Origin: Planctomycetota bacterium
Lineage (GTDB): Bacteria > Planctomycetota > Brocadiia > SM23-32 > JAKLEA01
NCBI GenBank assembly: GCA_022711755.1
Contig: JAKLEA010000010.1
Location: forward strand, 128,899 to 192,898
Direction of reading: 5' to 3'
Length of the DNA: 64,000 bases
The notes beneath the pieces were generated by a model. It did not search any database, had not been told where the DNA came from, and saw only the letters and a list, made by a program, of their open reading frames with translations. Below are positions 19,211 to 29,029 of the stretch, in pieces; the stretch's first letter is position 1, and every line of letters starts with the position of its first letter. The position numbers and the translations under genes were made by a program.

Positions 19211-21367
19211 ATGTCAGGAATGTCCTGGAGGTTGCTGCCTGTGTGGGCGTCCATGACCGCCGTGCTTGTTTCCTGCGCTTCGGCGCCGGAAGAACGCCAG
19301 CGGACGTTCTACGTGTCGCTCAGCGGCAATGACGCATGGTCAGGAACGGTTGCGGAACCCAACGCGGGCGGGAGCGACGGTCCGCTTGCCACTCTGGAGC
19401 GGGCGCGGGAAACCCTGCGCGCGGCGCCGAAGGACATGCCGCGGCGCATTGTCGTCCGCGGGGGGGACTACCATGTTTCAAAATCGTTCGAGCTGGGGCC
19501 GGAGGATTCCGGAGAGGAGCAGTCCCCTGTCGTCTGGCAGGCGGCTCCGGGCGAGAAGGTCCGGCTCTGCGGCGGGCCGACCCTGACTGCGGACGCCTTC
19601 AGTCCGGCGACCGATCCGGCGACGCTGGGCAGGCTTGATCCGGGCGTTCGCGGGCATGTCATGCAGGCGAACCTGACGGAACTCGGCATCCCGATCCCGG
19701 AGGGATATCCCGATAAGTTTCACGGCGCTCCGCCCGGCGCGGAGCTTTTCTTCAACGGGAAGGCCATGACGCAGGCCAGGTGGCCGGACGATGGTTGGGC
19801 CACCGTGGCGCGGATAATCGAATCCGGCTCAAACCCGCGCGAGGGCGACACGGGGGGAAAGCCCGGCGTCTTTGAATACGCCGGGGACAGGCCGAATCGC
19901 TGGAATGTCGAGGAGGGGGTATGGCTTCTCGGCTACTGGTGTTTCGACTGGTATGAGGAGGCGATCAGGGTCAAGTCCATTGATCGGGAGAAGCGCCTGA
20001 TAACCTTCGTCGGACCGCATCTCTACAGTCTTAAGCAGGGCAATCCCTCTCCCCGACGATTCTGCGCGATAAACCTGCTCGAAGAGCTTGACCATCCGGG
20101 GGAGTATTATCTTGATCGAAAGAAGGGGATTCTCTATTTCCTTCCGCCGGCGGGGCTTGCCGGCGCGCGCGTGACGCTCTCGACGCTGGACTCCCCGGTC
20201 ATATTGCTGAAGGACGCCTCGAACGTCGCGATTCGCGGTTTTGCTGTTGAAGCCTGCAAGGGCAACGCGATTGAGATTCGCGGCGGCGCCGGGAACCGCA
20301 TCGAGGCCTGCGAGATCAGCAACACGCGCCAGTTGGCGGTCTACATTGACGGCGGAGCCGGCCACCGCGTGGATTCGTGCGACATACACGACACCGGGAC
20401 TGGCGGCATCAGGCTCGGCGGCGGAGATCGCAGGACGCTGACGCCGTCCGGGCATCTTGCGATCAACAACCACATATGGGACTTCTCCCGATTGCAGTTG
20501 ACCTATGCGTGCGCGATCTACCTCGACGGCGTCGGCAATCGCGCGGCGCACAACCTGCTCCACGACTCCCCCCACATGGCGGCAGCCATCGGCGGCAACG
20601 ATCACGTCTTTGAATATAACGTCATCCATCGCGTATGCACGGAGACGGACGACTGTGGCGCGATCTACAAGGGAAGGAATCCGTCATGCCGCGGCAACGT
20701 CATCCGGCACAACTTCTGGTATGACATTGGAAGACCGCTGGGGCACGGCAACGCGGCGATCTACTTCGACGACGGGGACGGCGGGGACCTTGTCTTCGGC
20801 AACGTCTTTTTCCGTTGCGGAGAGCCGGGCAGGGGATCGTTCGGGACCGTGTTCTCGCACGGGGGGCATGACATCCGGGCGGAGAACAACGTCTTTGTCG
20901 AGTGCAAGCGGGCGCTCGGTTCCGCCCCGTGGAATGATGAAGTGTGGAAGACCGCCGTCAACGGCGGGCTGGACTGCTTCTGGAACAAGAGGCTGCTGGA
21001 GGAGGTTGACATCACCAAGCCGCCCTACACGACCAGTTACCCGGAGATTGTCGGCTTCATGGACCCGCAGCCGGGGCAGGCGCGCATCAGCCGCGCGAAG
21101 CTGAACCTGATCGTCATGTGCGGGGAGGCGAGCGGCGGCAACTGGAGGTCCGAGCCCGGCGACAACTGGGAAACCAACGATGACCCGGGTTTTATTGACG
21201 CTGCAAAGGGGGATTTCCGCCTCAAGCCCGATTCCGAGGTTTTCAAACGGCTGCCGGGATTCCAGCCGATCCCGTTCGAGAAGATCGGGCTTTACGCCTG
21301 CGATCTGCGCCCGGCGCCCCCGGTTGAAGAGTGGAAGCTCGATCCGCCGAAGCCGATCAAGCCGTAA
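19211..21367 (+). CDS. right-handed parallel beta-helix repeat lipoprotein (pectate-lyase-fold, putative polysaccharide lyase/hydrolase)
   Basis: Lipobox LVSCAS follows a hydrophobic signal peptide. Multiple PbH1-type repeats are present (NVAIRGFAV, NRIEACEIS, HRVDSCDIHDTG, NHIWDF...). The ORF from 19094 has an unlikely N-terminal extension. Confidence 0.7.
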   Translation: MSGMSWRLLPVWASMTAVLVSCASAPEERQRTFYVSLSGNDAWSGTVAEPNAGGSDGPLATLERARETLRAAPKDMPRRIVVRGGDYHVSKSFELGPEDSGEEQSPVVWQAAPGEKVRLCGGPTLTADAFSPATDPATLGRLDPGVRGHVMQANLTELGIPIPEGYPDKFHGAPPGAELFFNGKAMTQARWPDDGWATVARIIESGSNPREGDTGGKPGVFEYAGDRPNRWNVEEGVWLLGYWCFDWYEEAIRVKSIDREKRLITFVGPHLYSLKQGNPSPRRFCAINLLEELDHPGEYYLDRKKGILYFLPPAGLAGARVTLSTLDSPVILLKDASNVAIRGFAVEACKGNAIEIRGGAGNRIEACEISNTRQLAVYIDGGAGHRVDSCDIHDTGTGGIRLGGGDRRTLTPSGHLAINNHIWDFSRLQLTYACAIYLDGVGNRAAHNLLHDSPHMAAAIGGNDHVFEYNVIHRVCTETDDCGAIYKGRNPSCRGNVIRHNFWYDIGRPLGHGNAAIYFDDGDGGDLVFGNVFFRCGEPGRGSFGTVFSHGGHDIRAENNVFVECKRALGSAPWNDEVWKTAVNGGLDCFWNKRLLEEVDITKPPYTTSYPEIVGFMDPQPGQARISRAKLNLIVMCGEASGGNWRSEPGDNWETNDDPGFIDAAKGDFRLKPDSEVFKRLPGFQPIPFEKIGLYACDLRPAPPVEEWKLDPPKPIKP

Positions 21368-21424
21368 TCGGCCGGCGCTCATGGGCGCGGTTTCTGTCGC
21401 GTCGCATTTGCATCGAAGGAGAAA

Positions 21425-23959
21425 ATGATGGAACTGGGAATGAGCAGAAGCGCGATCTGTGTTGCGGCCTTGTGGTCGCTGGCGAGCATGCAGGCGACGT
21501 CGGAGACCATGCTGATGGACTTCGAGACCGACGCCGATCTGAAGGCCTTTCATTACGAGGGCCGCGGGCCTGACACGCCTGTGAAGGAGCTGGCCAGTGT
21601 CGAGAGCTTCGCCACTTCCGGCATGTTCTCGCTTCGCTTTGAGACCCCGGCGTGGAAGGCCGGAATGGCCGAGTGGCCCGCCTTCGAGGGCAGGCCGGCC
21701 ATGACCGACTGGACCGGCTTCGAGCGCTTCGTATTCGAGGTCACGAACGTAACTGACGCCCCGCAACGCCTGTTCCTGTTCATAAGCGACTCGAAGAAGG
21801 CGACGCGGGACGGATACCACGAGCAGATACACATGGCGCCGCGCAGCTATCGCCGCGTAGTGATACATCTCGCGCAGGTAACGGCCAAGGGCGTGGATGT
21901 CGGCGATATTCGCGTCCTGCATTTCTATACCGAGCGCCCCTCGACGGACATGAAGATTCACGTTGACCGCCTCTGCCTCCTGCCCGCAGGTGACGACTTC
22001 CCGGCGGTTTCAGATCCCTATCTGAAGCAGTTCGCCAAACTGCTCAAACCGCGCATGGATTCCTCCCGCCTGCTGCTGCGCGAGACCGGCGAAAAGCTCA
22101 GGAAGGCCGCCGCCGCGTCGCCGGAGATCGGCGCATGGGCGGATGCGTCGCTCAAGGAGATCGAGGCGGAGATAACGCGGATTGAGACCCTCGCCGCGCG
22201 CGGGGACGCCGCCGTGCTTGACGGGCTGCCCGGACTGGCGCTGCTGGAAAGCAGGCTTGAATCCCTTGTGACGGCGGCAAAGCTTCGCGCTGACTTCGCC
22301 GGCGTACGCGGCAAGGTCGAGGTCAAGGGCGGCGCAAGGAAGGACGTCGTGGTCGGCTTCGCAACCTCGATGGAGAAGGTGCTTCCCCGCGCGCTGACTT
22401 CGCCGCTTAACGTCGCCCGGGGGCGCGAGATCAGCCTTGCGCGCAACGAGCGGGAGAGCTTCCAGGTCGTGGTCCTGCCCTTCGAGGGCGATCTGAAGGA
22501 CGTCCGCGTGAACGTGACGGACCTGAAGGGAGAAAAGGGCGCTCGCTTCGAGAAGAAGAACATTGACGCGGTCGTCATGGGCTACGTGAAGACCGCGCAG
22601 ACGCCGCCCTACGGTTCGCCGCACGTCGGATGGTGGCCCGACCCGATCCTGAACTTCCAGACGACGTGCGACGTCGCGAAGGGCGACGCGCAGGCATTCT
22701 GGATCCGGCTGCGCGCCCCGAAGGATCAGCCTCCGGGCCTTTATCGCGGGAAGATCGAGATTGAGGCGGTAGGGAGGAAGATGTTCTCCTTCGACCTCGC
22801 CGCGCGCGTCTACGGATTCGCCATGCCGGACGCGACGCCCCTGCCCCTGGCCGTCACTTTCTGGCCGATGTTCTACGAACCGAACGAAACCGGGGGCTAC
22901 CGCGAGGGCGAATTCCGCGACGAAACGTGGAAAACGCATAAAATGGAATGGGCCGAATTCCTGGCGGATTATTACCTGAGTTATGACAGCCTCTACTCTT
23001 TCAAAAGCTGGGCGCCGGATTTCGAGATTCTGGAGCGATTGCATAAGGAGGGACGCCTCGGCAGATTCAACCTCGGCTACTACAGCGCCTGCGGGCAGGG
23101 CGAAACAGAAACCGGGGAATGGCGCAAGGCGACGATTGACGTGATCCGCCCCCGATACGAGAAGGCGAAGGAACTCGGCCTGCTGGATCACGCCTACATC
23201 TACGGTTGCGACGAGAACCCGGAGGACCGCTTCCCGTTCGTGCAGAGGGCGGCGGAACTCCTGAAAGCGGAATTCCCCGGCGTTCTGGTGCTGACGACGA
23301 CCTATGACCACAGCTTCGGCACGAAGTCGGTCATCAAGGCGATGGACGGTTTCTGCCCGCTCACGCCGCGCTTCGACGCGGAGCTTGCCGCGCAGGCCCG
23401 CGCCGCCGGCAAGGAGGTCTGGTGGTACATCTGCTGCGGCCCGCATCATCCGCACGCCAACATGTTCGTGGAATACCCGGCGATCGAGGGACGCCTGCTC
23501 ATGGGCGCGATGACGGCGAAGCTCCGCCCGGACGGCTTCCTGTATTACGAAATAAGCATCTGGAACTCCCCGCCGATAGAGTCCGGCCCGTTCACTGCCT
23601 GGAATCCGAGAAGCTGGACGACCTACAACGGGGACGGAAGCTGGACGTGCATGGGCCCCGGCGCGACGCCGCTGCCCACGATCAGGCTGGAGAACTTCCG
23701 CGACGGCCTGGAGGATTACGCGTACTTCCGGATACTGGAGGCGACCGTCGGCATGGTCGCCGATTCAAGGCGGCTTTCCCCGCAGAAGACCGAATGGATC
23801 GAGAAGGCCCGCGCGCTGTTGAGCGTTCCGGAGGAACTGGTCAAGGACACTGCGAATTACAGCCGCGATCCGGCGGCGGTCTACAAATACCGGAACAGCA
23901 TCGCGGAGATGATAGAGGCGGCGGGCGTGGATCCGGCCGACCCGTGGGCGAAGCGATAA
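21425..23959 (+). CDS. secreted DUF4091-like putative glycoside hydrolase
   Basis: Signal peptide, then WWYICCGPHHP and FRDGLEDYAYF motifs. It is a paralog of the 45668-48094 gene (WTYLCSGPG, QGVEDYEYMW). Confidence 0.5.
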   Translation: MMELGMSRSAICVAALWSLASMQATSETMLMDFETDADLKAFHYEGRGPDTPVKELASVESFATSGMFSLRFETPAWKAGMAEWPAFEGRPAMTDWTGFERFVFEVTNVTDAPQRLFLFISDSKKATRDGYHEQIHMAPRSYRRVVIHLAQVTAKGVDVGDIRVLHFYTERPSTDMKIHVDRLCLLPAGDDFPAVSDPYLKQFAKLLKPRMDSSRLLLRETGEKLRKAAAASPEIGAWADASLKEIEAEITRIETLAARGDAAVLDGLPGLALLESRLESLVTAAKLRADFAGVRGKVEVKGGARKDVVVGFATSMEKVLPRALTSPLNVARGREISLARNERESFQVVVLPFEGDLKDVRVNVTDLKGEKGARFEKKNIDAVVMGYVKTAQTPPYGSPHVGWWPDPILNFQTTCDVAKGDAQAFWIRLRAPKDQPPGLYRGKIEIEAVGRKMFSFDLAARVYGFAMPDATPLPLAVTFWPMFYEPNETGGYREGEFRDETWKTHKMEWAEFLADYYLSYDSLYSFKSWAPDFEILERLHKEGRLGRFNLGYYSACGQGETETGEWRKATIDVIRPRYEKAKELGLLDHAYIYGCDENPEDRFPFVQRAAELLKAEFPGVLVLTTTYDHSFGTKSVIKAMDGFCPLTPRFDAELAAQARAAGKEVWWYICCGPHHPHANMFVEYPAIEGRLLMGAMTAKLRPDGFLYYEISIWNSPPIESGPFTAWNPRSWTTYNGDGSWTCMGPGATPLPTIRLENFRDGLEDYAYFRILEATVGMVADSRRLSPQKTEWIEKARALLSVPEELVKDTANYSRDPAAVYKYRNSIAEMIEAAGVDPADPWAKR

Positions 23960-24123
23960 ACGAGGGGCAAGGCCCGGCAGAATCGCTTATCAGCTACGGC
24001 TTGTAATCCTTCAGATGCAACAACGATGTAGCACAGCCGTCCCGGCTGCATCGGAACCGTACGGGCGAGACGCCTGCGCTGCAATTTGCGCCGATCAATA
24101 ATCAATCAGGCAACAGCGATGAA

Positions 24124-25368
24124 TTGGCGGCCGGAATGAAGCAGTCAAGGGCGATGACCTTCGGGCGTTACGACTACGCCGCGTTTCTGAGTTTCTTCGC
24201 GTACGCATCCGGATCGGTGGCGCTGCCCGTGGCGCTCGTGTCGGTGGCGCGCGATCTTGGATTCACCCTTGAGGAGGGGGGGATGTCGGCGGGGGGGGCG
24301 CTTCACCTCGGGCGCACGATCCCGATGGTGGCGGCGATGCTGATGTGCGGCTTCGCCGCCGGGCGATGGGGCAAGCGCAGGACGTTCGGGTGCGCCGTGG
24401 TCATGATGGCCCTGGGGATTCTGCTGTGCGCTTCCGCGCCGGGATACGCCGCGCTGATGGCGGCCCTGATGCTGGCGGGAATCGGCGAGGGCGTGGTCGA
24501 GGGGCTGGCGACGCCCTTTGTGCAGGACCTGCACCCGGTCGAGCCGGGGCGCTACATCAACTTCACGCACTCGTTCTGGTCTGTCGGCGTTCTGACGACC
24601 GTGCTGGTTTCCGGCGGGCTGATGTCGCTGGGGGTCTCATGGCGCGTTCTGGTGGGCGCGGTGTCGGGCGTGTCCTGCATCGCGGCGGCGCTGCTTCTGA
24701 TGCCTTCGCAGAAAGGGCGCGAGTATCCCGAGCATCCGGAGCCGATCCACTGGATAACGGTCTGGGGGCGGACGTCGAAGATTCTCCGGACGCCGGGGTT
24801 CTGGCCGTTCTTTGCCGCGATGTTCGTCGCCGGCGGCGGGGAGTTCTGCCTGACCTTCTGGTGCGCGAGCTTCATCCAGTTGAATTTTGTGGACTCGGCG
24901 TGGGCGGGCGGCGTCGGAACTGCCTTCTTTGCGGGGGGCATGGTCCTGGGCCGGACCGGCTGGGGCTACCTGATCAGGCAGCATCAGTTGAAGCATCTCA
25001 TCGTGTGGTCGGCGATCGGCGGCGTCATCGTCACGCTCTTCTTCCCGTTCGTGACCGATCTTTGGGCTTTGTTCGGACTGCTCTTCCTTTCAGGGATCGC
25101 CACGGCCCCGTTCTGGCCGAGCGTGCAGAGCTATTGCGCCGACCGCCTGCCGGAGACGGACGCGACCATGCTCTTCATCATCCTGTCCTGCGCGGGGATT
25201 CCCGGCTGCGGTGTGTTCACGTGGTTGATGGGCTGGATCGGCAATCAGAGCGGGGGGCTGCGGACGGCGTTCTATCTAATACCGGCGTGCTATGTGACGC
25301 TGGCGGCGCTTATCGGGTATGACTGGTGGAAGTCGGTAAGGGGGAGTCTTATACGAGAGCAACCGTAG
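24124..25368 (+). CDS. MFS transporter
   Basis: About 12 predicted TM helices and MFS motif A-like GRWGKRRT between TM2 and TM3. Confidence 0.8.
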   Translation: MAAGMKQSRAMTFGRYDYAAFLSFFAYASGSVALPVALVSVARDLGFTLEEGGMSAGGALHLGRTIPMVAAMLMCGFAAGRWGKRRTFGCAVVMMALGILLCASAPGYAALMAALMLAGIGEGVVEGLATPFVQDLHPVEPGRYINFTHSFWSVGVLTTVLVSGGLMSLGVSWRVLVGAVSGVSCIAAALLLMPSQKGREYPEHPEPIHWITVWGRTSKILRTPGFWPFFAAMFVAGGGEFCLTFWCASFIQLNFVDSAWAGGVGTAFFAGGMVLGRTGWGYLIRQHQLKHLIVWSAIGGVIVTLFFPFVTDLWALFGLLFLSGIATAPFWPSVQSYCADRLPETDATMLFIILSCAGIPGCGVFTWLMGWIGNQSGGLRTAFYLIPACYVTLAALIGYDWWKSVRGSLIREQP

Positions 25369-25462
25369 GGTGGGCGATTCGAACCCACGCGAATGATACG
25401 CTTCACCATTCTACGACACTGTTCAGTTCCGCCTTGAACGAGAGAAAACTTTTCGCGGTCTT

Positions 25463-25620
25463 CCTTCTCCCTGGGGAGAAGGTGGCGCGTCCATAGGACG
25501 CGGCGGATGAGGGGCTTGTTCGGGGGAGAGCGTCATACTGTTCTGCCCCCCCTCACCCGTCGCTTCCCGCGTATGCTGCGCATACGGCGGAAGCGCCACC
25601 CTCTCCCGGCGGGAGAGGGA
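25463..25620. repeat. cluster of GC-rich palindromic (REP-like) hairpins in the convergent intergenic region
   Basis: ccttctccctggggagaagg, gcgcgtcc-atag-ggacgcgc, cgcttcccgcgtatgc/gcatacggcggaagcg and ccctctcccggcgggagaggg are self-complementary. The outer arms ggtggcgc/gcgccacc pair with each other. Confidence 0.5.
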
Positions 25621-25735
25621 TGATTCTTAAGAGCTATGGCGATATCTTGCTTTTCGCGGTGCGGAAGGGCGGGCGAGTCGTGCCTCGCCCGCAGAAAGCG
25701 GCATCATGATGCCGCAGTCCAAACCGTTCAACTTT

Positions 25736-27262
25736 TTATTCGAGTTCCCTGATCCGTATGTTCTTGAACCACACGTCGTTGCCGTGATCCTGGAAACCGA
25801 TGTGGCCCTCGCGCTTCATGTCTTTGTAGGCGATTGGGAACTTGTTGTCCGTGCCGTCGGGATTCTTATGGGCCTCTTTCCAGTCGTCCAGATTCATGTC
25901 AATGATCTGCTCGCCGTTCAGTTCCACCTTGACGCTGGGGCCTTTGCAGGTCAGGACGCAGTGGTTCCACTCATCTGTCGGCTTGCAGGCGTTCTTGCTG
26001 GGGGCGAGGCAGTCGTAGATCGCGCCGCAGTCGTGCTTTTCAACCTTTTCCTTGCCGTAGGAGTCGAAGACCTGGATTTCGATGCCGGTGCTGACGGGGT
26101 CGCCCGTTCTGTCCGTGCGGAAGAAGATGCCGCTGTTGCCGCCCTTGGAAATCTTGAAGTCGAGTTCCAGGACGAAGTCGCCGAAGCGGTCCTTCGTCCA
26201 GATGTATCCGCCGCCCTTGCGGGCCAGGACGCCGTCTTGGATGATCCACTGACCCTTCTTGCAGTCCCAGCGGCCGAGTTCGCGGCCCTTCAGGAGATAT
26301 CGCCAGCCTTCCTTGTCCGCCTCGGCGGTTTGCGCGCTGGGCGCGTCGTCAACCGCCAGGTCGCCCATGGCGTACTGGATGCCGTCCAGGTAATGCTGGA
26401 GGATCGCCGGATTCCAGAATATCTCCTCCATATGACCCAGGGAGCAGTAAAAGACGCGGCCCTTGCCGTAGCGGCGGACCCATGTGACGGCGAAGTCGCC
26501 GTCCTTGCGCTTGATGCCGTCCTTGGACATGTTGGTCTTGTTGACGTCCAGGCTGAGCAGGACGCGCAGGTTCTTGCGCGAATAGGGATCGCGGAACTGG
26601 TAAATCTCATCCCTGACGCTGAAGCCCGCCGCGCCGAAGGCGGCGCAGAGGGGGTGATCCGGCTCCTCGACCTTGACGCCGACCTCTTCGCTCCAGGGGT
26701 GGCCGTCAAAGTAGCCGCCCATCATCTCGCCGTATTCCGCCCAGTTGTAGAAGCAGTCGGTGGCGGCGTGGATGCCGATGAGTCCCTTGCCGCCGGAGAC
26801 GAAGTCCAGCAGGGCTTTGCGAAGGCGGTCGCTCCTCTCGCGGGCTTTGGCCTGCTCCGCCTGGGGGAGCTTGTCGTAGTCGGGCGGCATGAACAGGTCG
26901 AGCGTGGTGTTGTTCATGCAGACGGCGTCGAACTGGGCGAGGCTCTCTGGCTCGAACATGGCGATGTCTTCGCTGGTCACGGTCTCAAACGCGCCGGTCT
27001 TCTGGCCCATGAGTTCGAGGGCTTTGGCGCCGCATTCGATTGAGCTGTGCCTGAAGCCGCGGCACAGGCCGAAGACGAGAATCTTGCGGGGCTTGGCGGG
27101 CTTGGCGCGGGCCTTTTCGGGCAGGTATTTCTTGATGAGTTCCAGTTCGCGTTCGGTCGGCGGCGCGGCGAAGAGAGGGCCGGCGCAGGCGGCGGCGAAC
27201 ATGACAACGGCCAGGGCTTGAGCGAGTCGTGATTGCATCTGTAAGTCTCCTTGATGATTCAA
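25736..27262 (-). CDS. secreted ThuA-like (type 1 glutamine amidotransferase-fold) + DUF1080 (3-keto-disaccharide hydrolase-like) fusion protein
   Basis: Signal peptide, then ThuA-like N-terminal half (KILVFGLCRGFRHSSIE...GLIGIHAATD). The C-terminal half is DUF1080 (GWRYLLKG...DFVLELDFKISKGGNSGIFFR...GHIGFQDHGNDVWFKNIRIRE). Confidence 0.75.
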   Translation of the reverse strand: MNHQGDLQMQSRLAQALAVVMFAAACAGPLFAAPPTERELELIKKYLPEKARAKPAKPRKILVFGLCRGFRHSSIECGAKALELMGQKTGAFETVTSEDIAMFEPESLAQFDAVCMNNTTLDLFMPPDYDKLPQAEQAKARERSDRLRKALLDFVSGGKGLIGIHAATDCFYNWAEYGEMMGGYFDGHPWSEEVGVKVEEPDHPLCAAFGAAGFSVRDEIYQFRDPYSRKNLRVLLSLDVNKTNMSKDGIKRKDGDFAVTWVRRYGKGRVFYCSLGHMEEIFWNPAILQHYLDGIQYAMGDLAVDDAPSAQTAEADKEGWRYLLKGRELGRWDCKKGQWIIQDGVLARKGGGYIWTKDRFGDFVLELDFKISKGGNSGIFFRTDRTGDPVSTGIEIQVFDSYGKEKVEKHDCGAIYDCLAPSKNACKPTDEWNHCVLTCKGPSVKVELNGEQIIDMNLDDWKEAHKNPDGTDNKFPIAYKDMKREGHIGFQDHGNDVWFKNIRIRELE

Positions 27263-27323
27263 TTACGCCATGCGTCGCCGCGCGTAGCACCGCGCGCGCG
27301 CCGCGCGCGTGTTGTTATCGGAG

Positions 27324-28052
27324 CTACTTCCGGGGAATTTCGCGGATGAAGACGTTCCTGAAGTAGAGGGTGTTTCCGTGGTTCTGGAGTTCGATCTGGC
27401 CCGTCGGGTAAATCGGCTTGTCCCTCTCCCAGTAGTTTTCCATCGTGACGTTGTCAACGACCAGTTCGCCGTTGAGGTAGACGGTGACCTTCTCGCCGAC
27501 CATGATGATGCGGAAGGTGTTCCATTCGCCGATGGGTTTGTCGGCGCATTTGGAGGGCTTGCTGGGATTCTTCTGGTTGTTGTACAGCCCTGCGGAGCCT
27601 TCGGGGTGATCGGCGGGGTCCCATATCTGAACCTGGGGGCTGCCGCGCAGGTAGATGCCGCTGTCGCCGTGCTCCTTTATCTTCCAGTCAACGAAAAGCT
27701 CAAAATCGCCGTAGTCCTTTGCCGTGCAAAGACTGTCTCCGCCACCATCGAAGACCAGGACGCCGTCTTCAACCTTCCAGTGAGCGCGCATTTTTTCGTC
27801 GGCCTTCGCCTGCGCTTTGGCCATCTGCTGCTCGTTCAGCTTCGCCCTGGTCGGTGGGCTTTCCACCAGGCCCTTCCAGCCTTCAAGGTCCTTGCCGTTG
27901 AAGAGGGCGACAAAGCCCTCCGGGGGGCAGTTGAGCCTGCTGTCGCAGGCTTTAGCCGACGCGCAGCGCTTCTCCTCCGCCCTCGCGACGCCGATCACGA
28001 CCGCCAGCGCCGCGATTGCGGCGACGGCAAACATTCCGCGCTTATTACTCAT
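27324..28052 (-). CDS. DUF1080 domain protein (3-keto-disaccharide hydrolase family), secreted
   Basis: Signal peptide, then FNGKDLEGWKG...DFELFVDWKIKEHGDSGIYLRG...GQIELQNHGNTLYFRNVFIREI. A conserved DUF1080 C-terminal motif is present. Confidence 0.85.
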   Translation of the reverse strand: MSNKRGMFAVAAIAALAVVIGVARAEEKRCASAKACDSRLNCPPEGFVALFNGKDLEGWKGLVESPPTRAKLNEQQMAKAQAKADEKMRAHWKVEDGVLVFDGGGDSLCTAKDYGDFELFVDWKIKEHGDSGIYLRGSPQVQIWDPADHPEGSAGLYNNQKNPSKPSKCADKPIGEWNTFRIIMVGEKVTVYLNGELVVDNVTMENYWERDKPIYPTGQIELQNHGNTLYFRNVFIREIPRK

Positions 28053-29029
28053 GGTTTGCTCCGATCCTCTTCAAGAAAAGCCGGGCCGGAAGCGCCGAAG
28101 CGCATGATGGTCCGCCCGTCGTTTTCGGAAAGCATTATCATAGCGGAGACGCCGGGGTGTTGTCGAGAATATCGTTCGATCTCCAGCGGTGACATGAGCA
28201 TGAAGGCAGTCGAAAGACAATCACTCAGCGCGCCGGAGGGAGCGGCGCACCACGCGCCGAGTTTCTCCGTCGCCGGGCGTCCCGTGCGCGGGTCAACTAT
28301 GTGATGCCCCTGCAGGAGGATGCCGGAGCCGCTCAGGGAGGCGTCGCTCAGGCTGATATGGCCGAGGCTGCCGGAGTCGTTCTGCGGGTCGCGCAAGGTC
28401 AGCGGCCAGCCCTTCCGCCCCGGAGGGTTGCCGATGGCAAGCGCGCTGCTCTGCCCGCCGTGCAGGACGGCGTTCGGGATTGACCAGTCGCGCAGAAGCT
28501 CCGCCATGCGGTCGAGCGCGTAACCCTTGCCGACGGCGCCGAGGTCAATGAGGACTCCCGACTTTCGGACGCCGACCGAGTGGCCGGAGGCGTCAATCTC
28601 GAGGAGGCTCATGCCGGTCAGCGCCAGCGCGCGGGCAAGGTCGCCCTCGTCCGGTTTGCCGTCATGGGCGGCGCGAAGGCATTTCAAGATTGCGCCGACG
28701 GTCACGTCGAATGCCCCGTTCGTGTCCGCGTTGACCTGCGCCGCCAGCTTGAGACATTCCATCGCGGCGAGGCCGACGCGGATTCTCTGCCCCGGGGCGA
28801 GGGAGTTTATCCGGGAAACGTCGCTGGAGGGCAGGAAGCGGCTGAGTTCCTCCTCAAGGCGGTCAAGCTCCTCGAAACACGCCCGCGCCGCGTCATAGGC
28901 GTACGCCGGGTTCTCCTCGATCATGAAGATTTCGAAGATGGAACCCATCGCGCGATGGCTGAATCGCCGGAGGGGAACGCCTGGGTCTGCCGGGGAGCCG
29001 ATTCTAGCGCCAATTTCGCGGTCGCTCAT
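28049..29029 (-). CDS. apbE: FAD:protein FMN transferase (ApbE family)
   Basis: AMGSIFEIF...DRLEEELSRF..SDVSRIN and GAxxKGYALD (DLGAVGKGYALD) are present. These motifs are diagnostic of ApbE flavin transferases. Confidence 0.85.
   Translation of the reverse strand: MSDREIGARIGSPADPGVPLRRFSHRAMGSIFEIFMIEENPAYAYDAARACFEELDRLEEELSRFLPSSDVSRINSLAPGQRIRVGLAAMECLKLAAQVNADTNGAFDVTVGAILKCLRAAHDGKPDEGDLARALALTGMSLLEIDASGHSVGVRKSGVLIDLGAVGKGYALDRMAELLRDWSIPNAVLHGGQSSALAIGNPPGRKGWPLTLRDPQNDSGSLGHISLSDASLSGSGILLQGHHIVDPRTGRPATEKLGAWCAAPSGALSDCLSTAFMLMSPLEIERYSRQHPGVSAMIMLSENDGRTIMRFGASGPAFLEEDRSKP

Noticed and set aside
25706-27043. 445-aa plus-strand ORF
   Set aside because: It lies antisense to the well-supported ThuA-DUF1080 gene. 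The translation is Ala/Val/Gly-rich without motifs, a typical high-GC shadow ORF. The same applies to 34289..35209, 55860..56759, 57333..58430, 43947..45545, 45785..46993, 51391..52644, 22010..23455, 20684..21961, 52666..53529 and 6567..7613.
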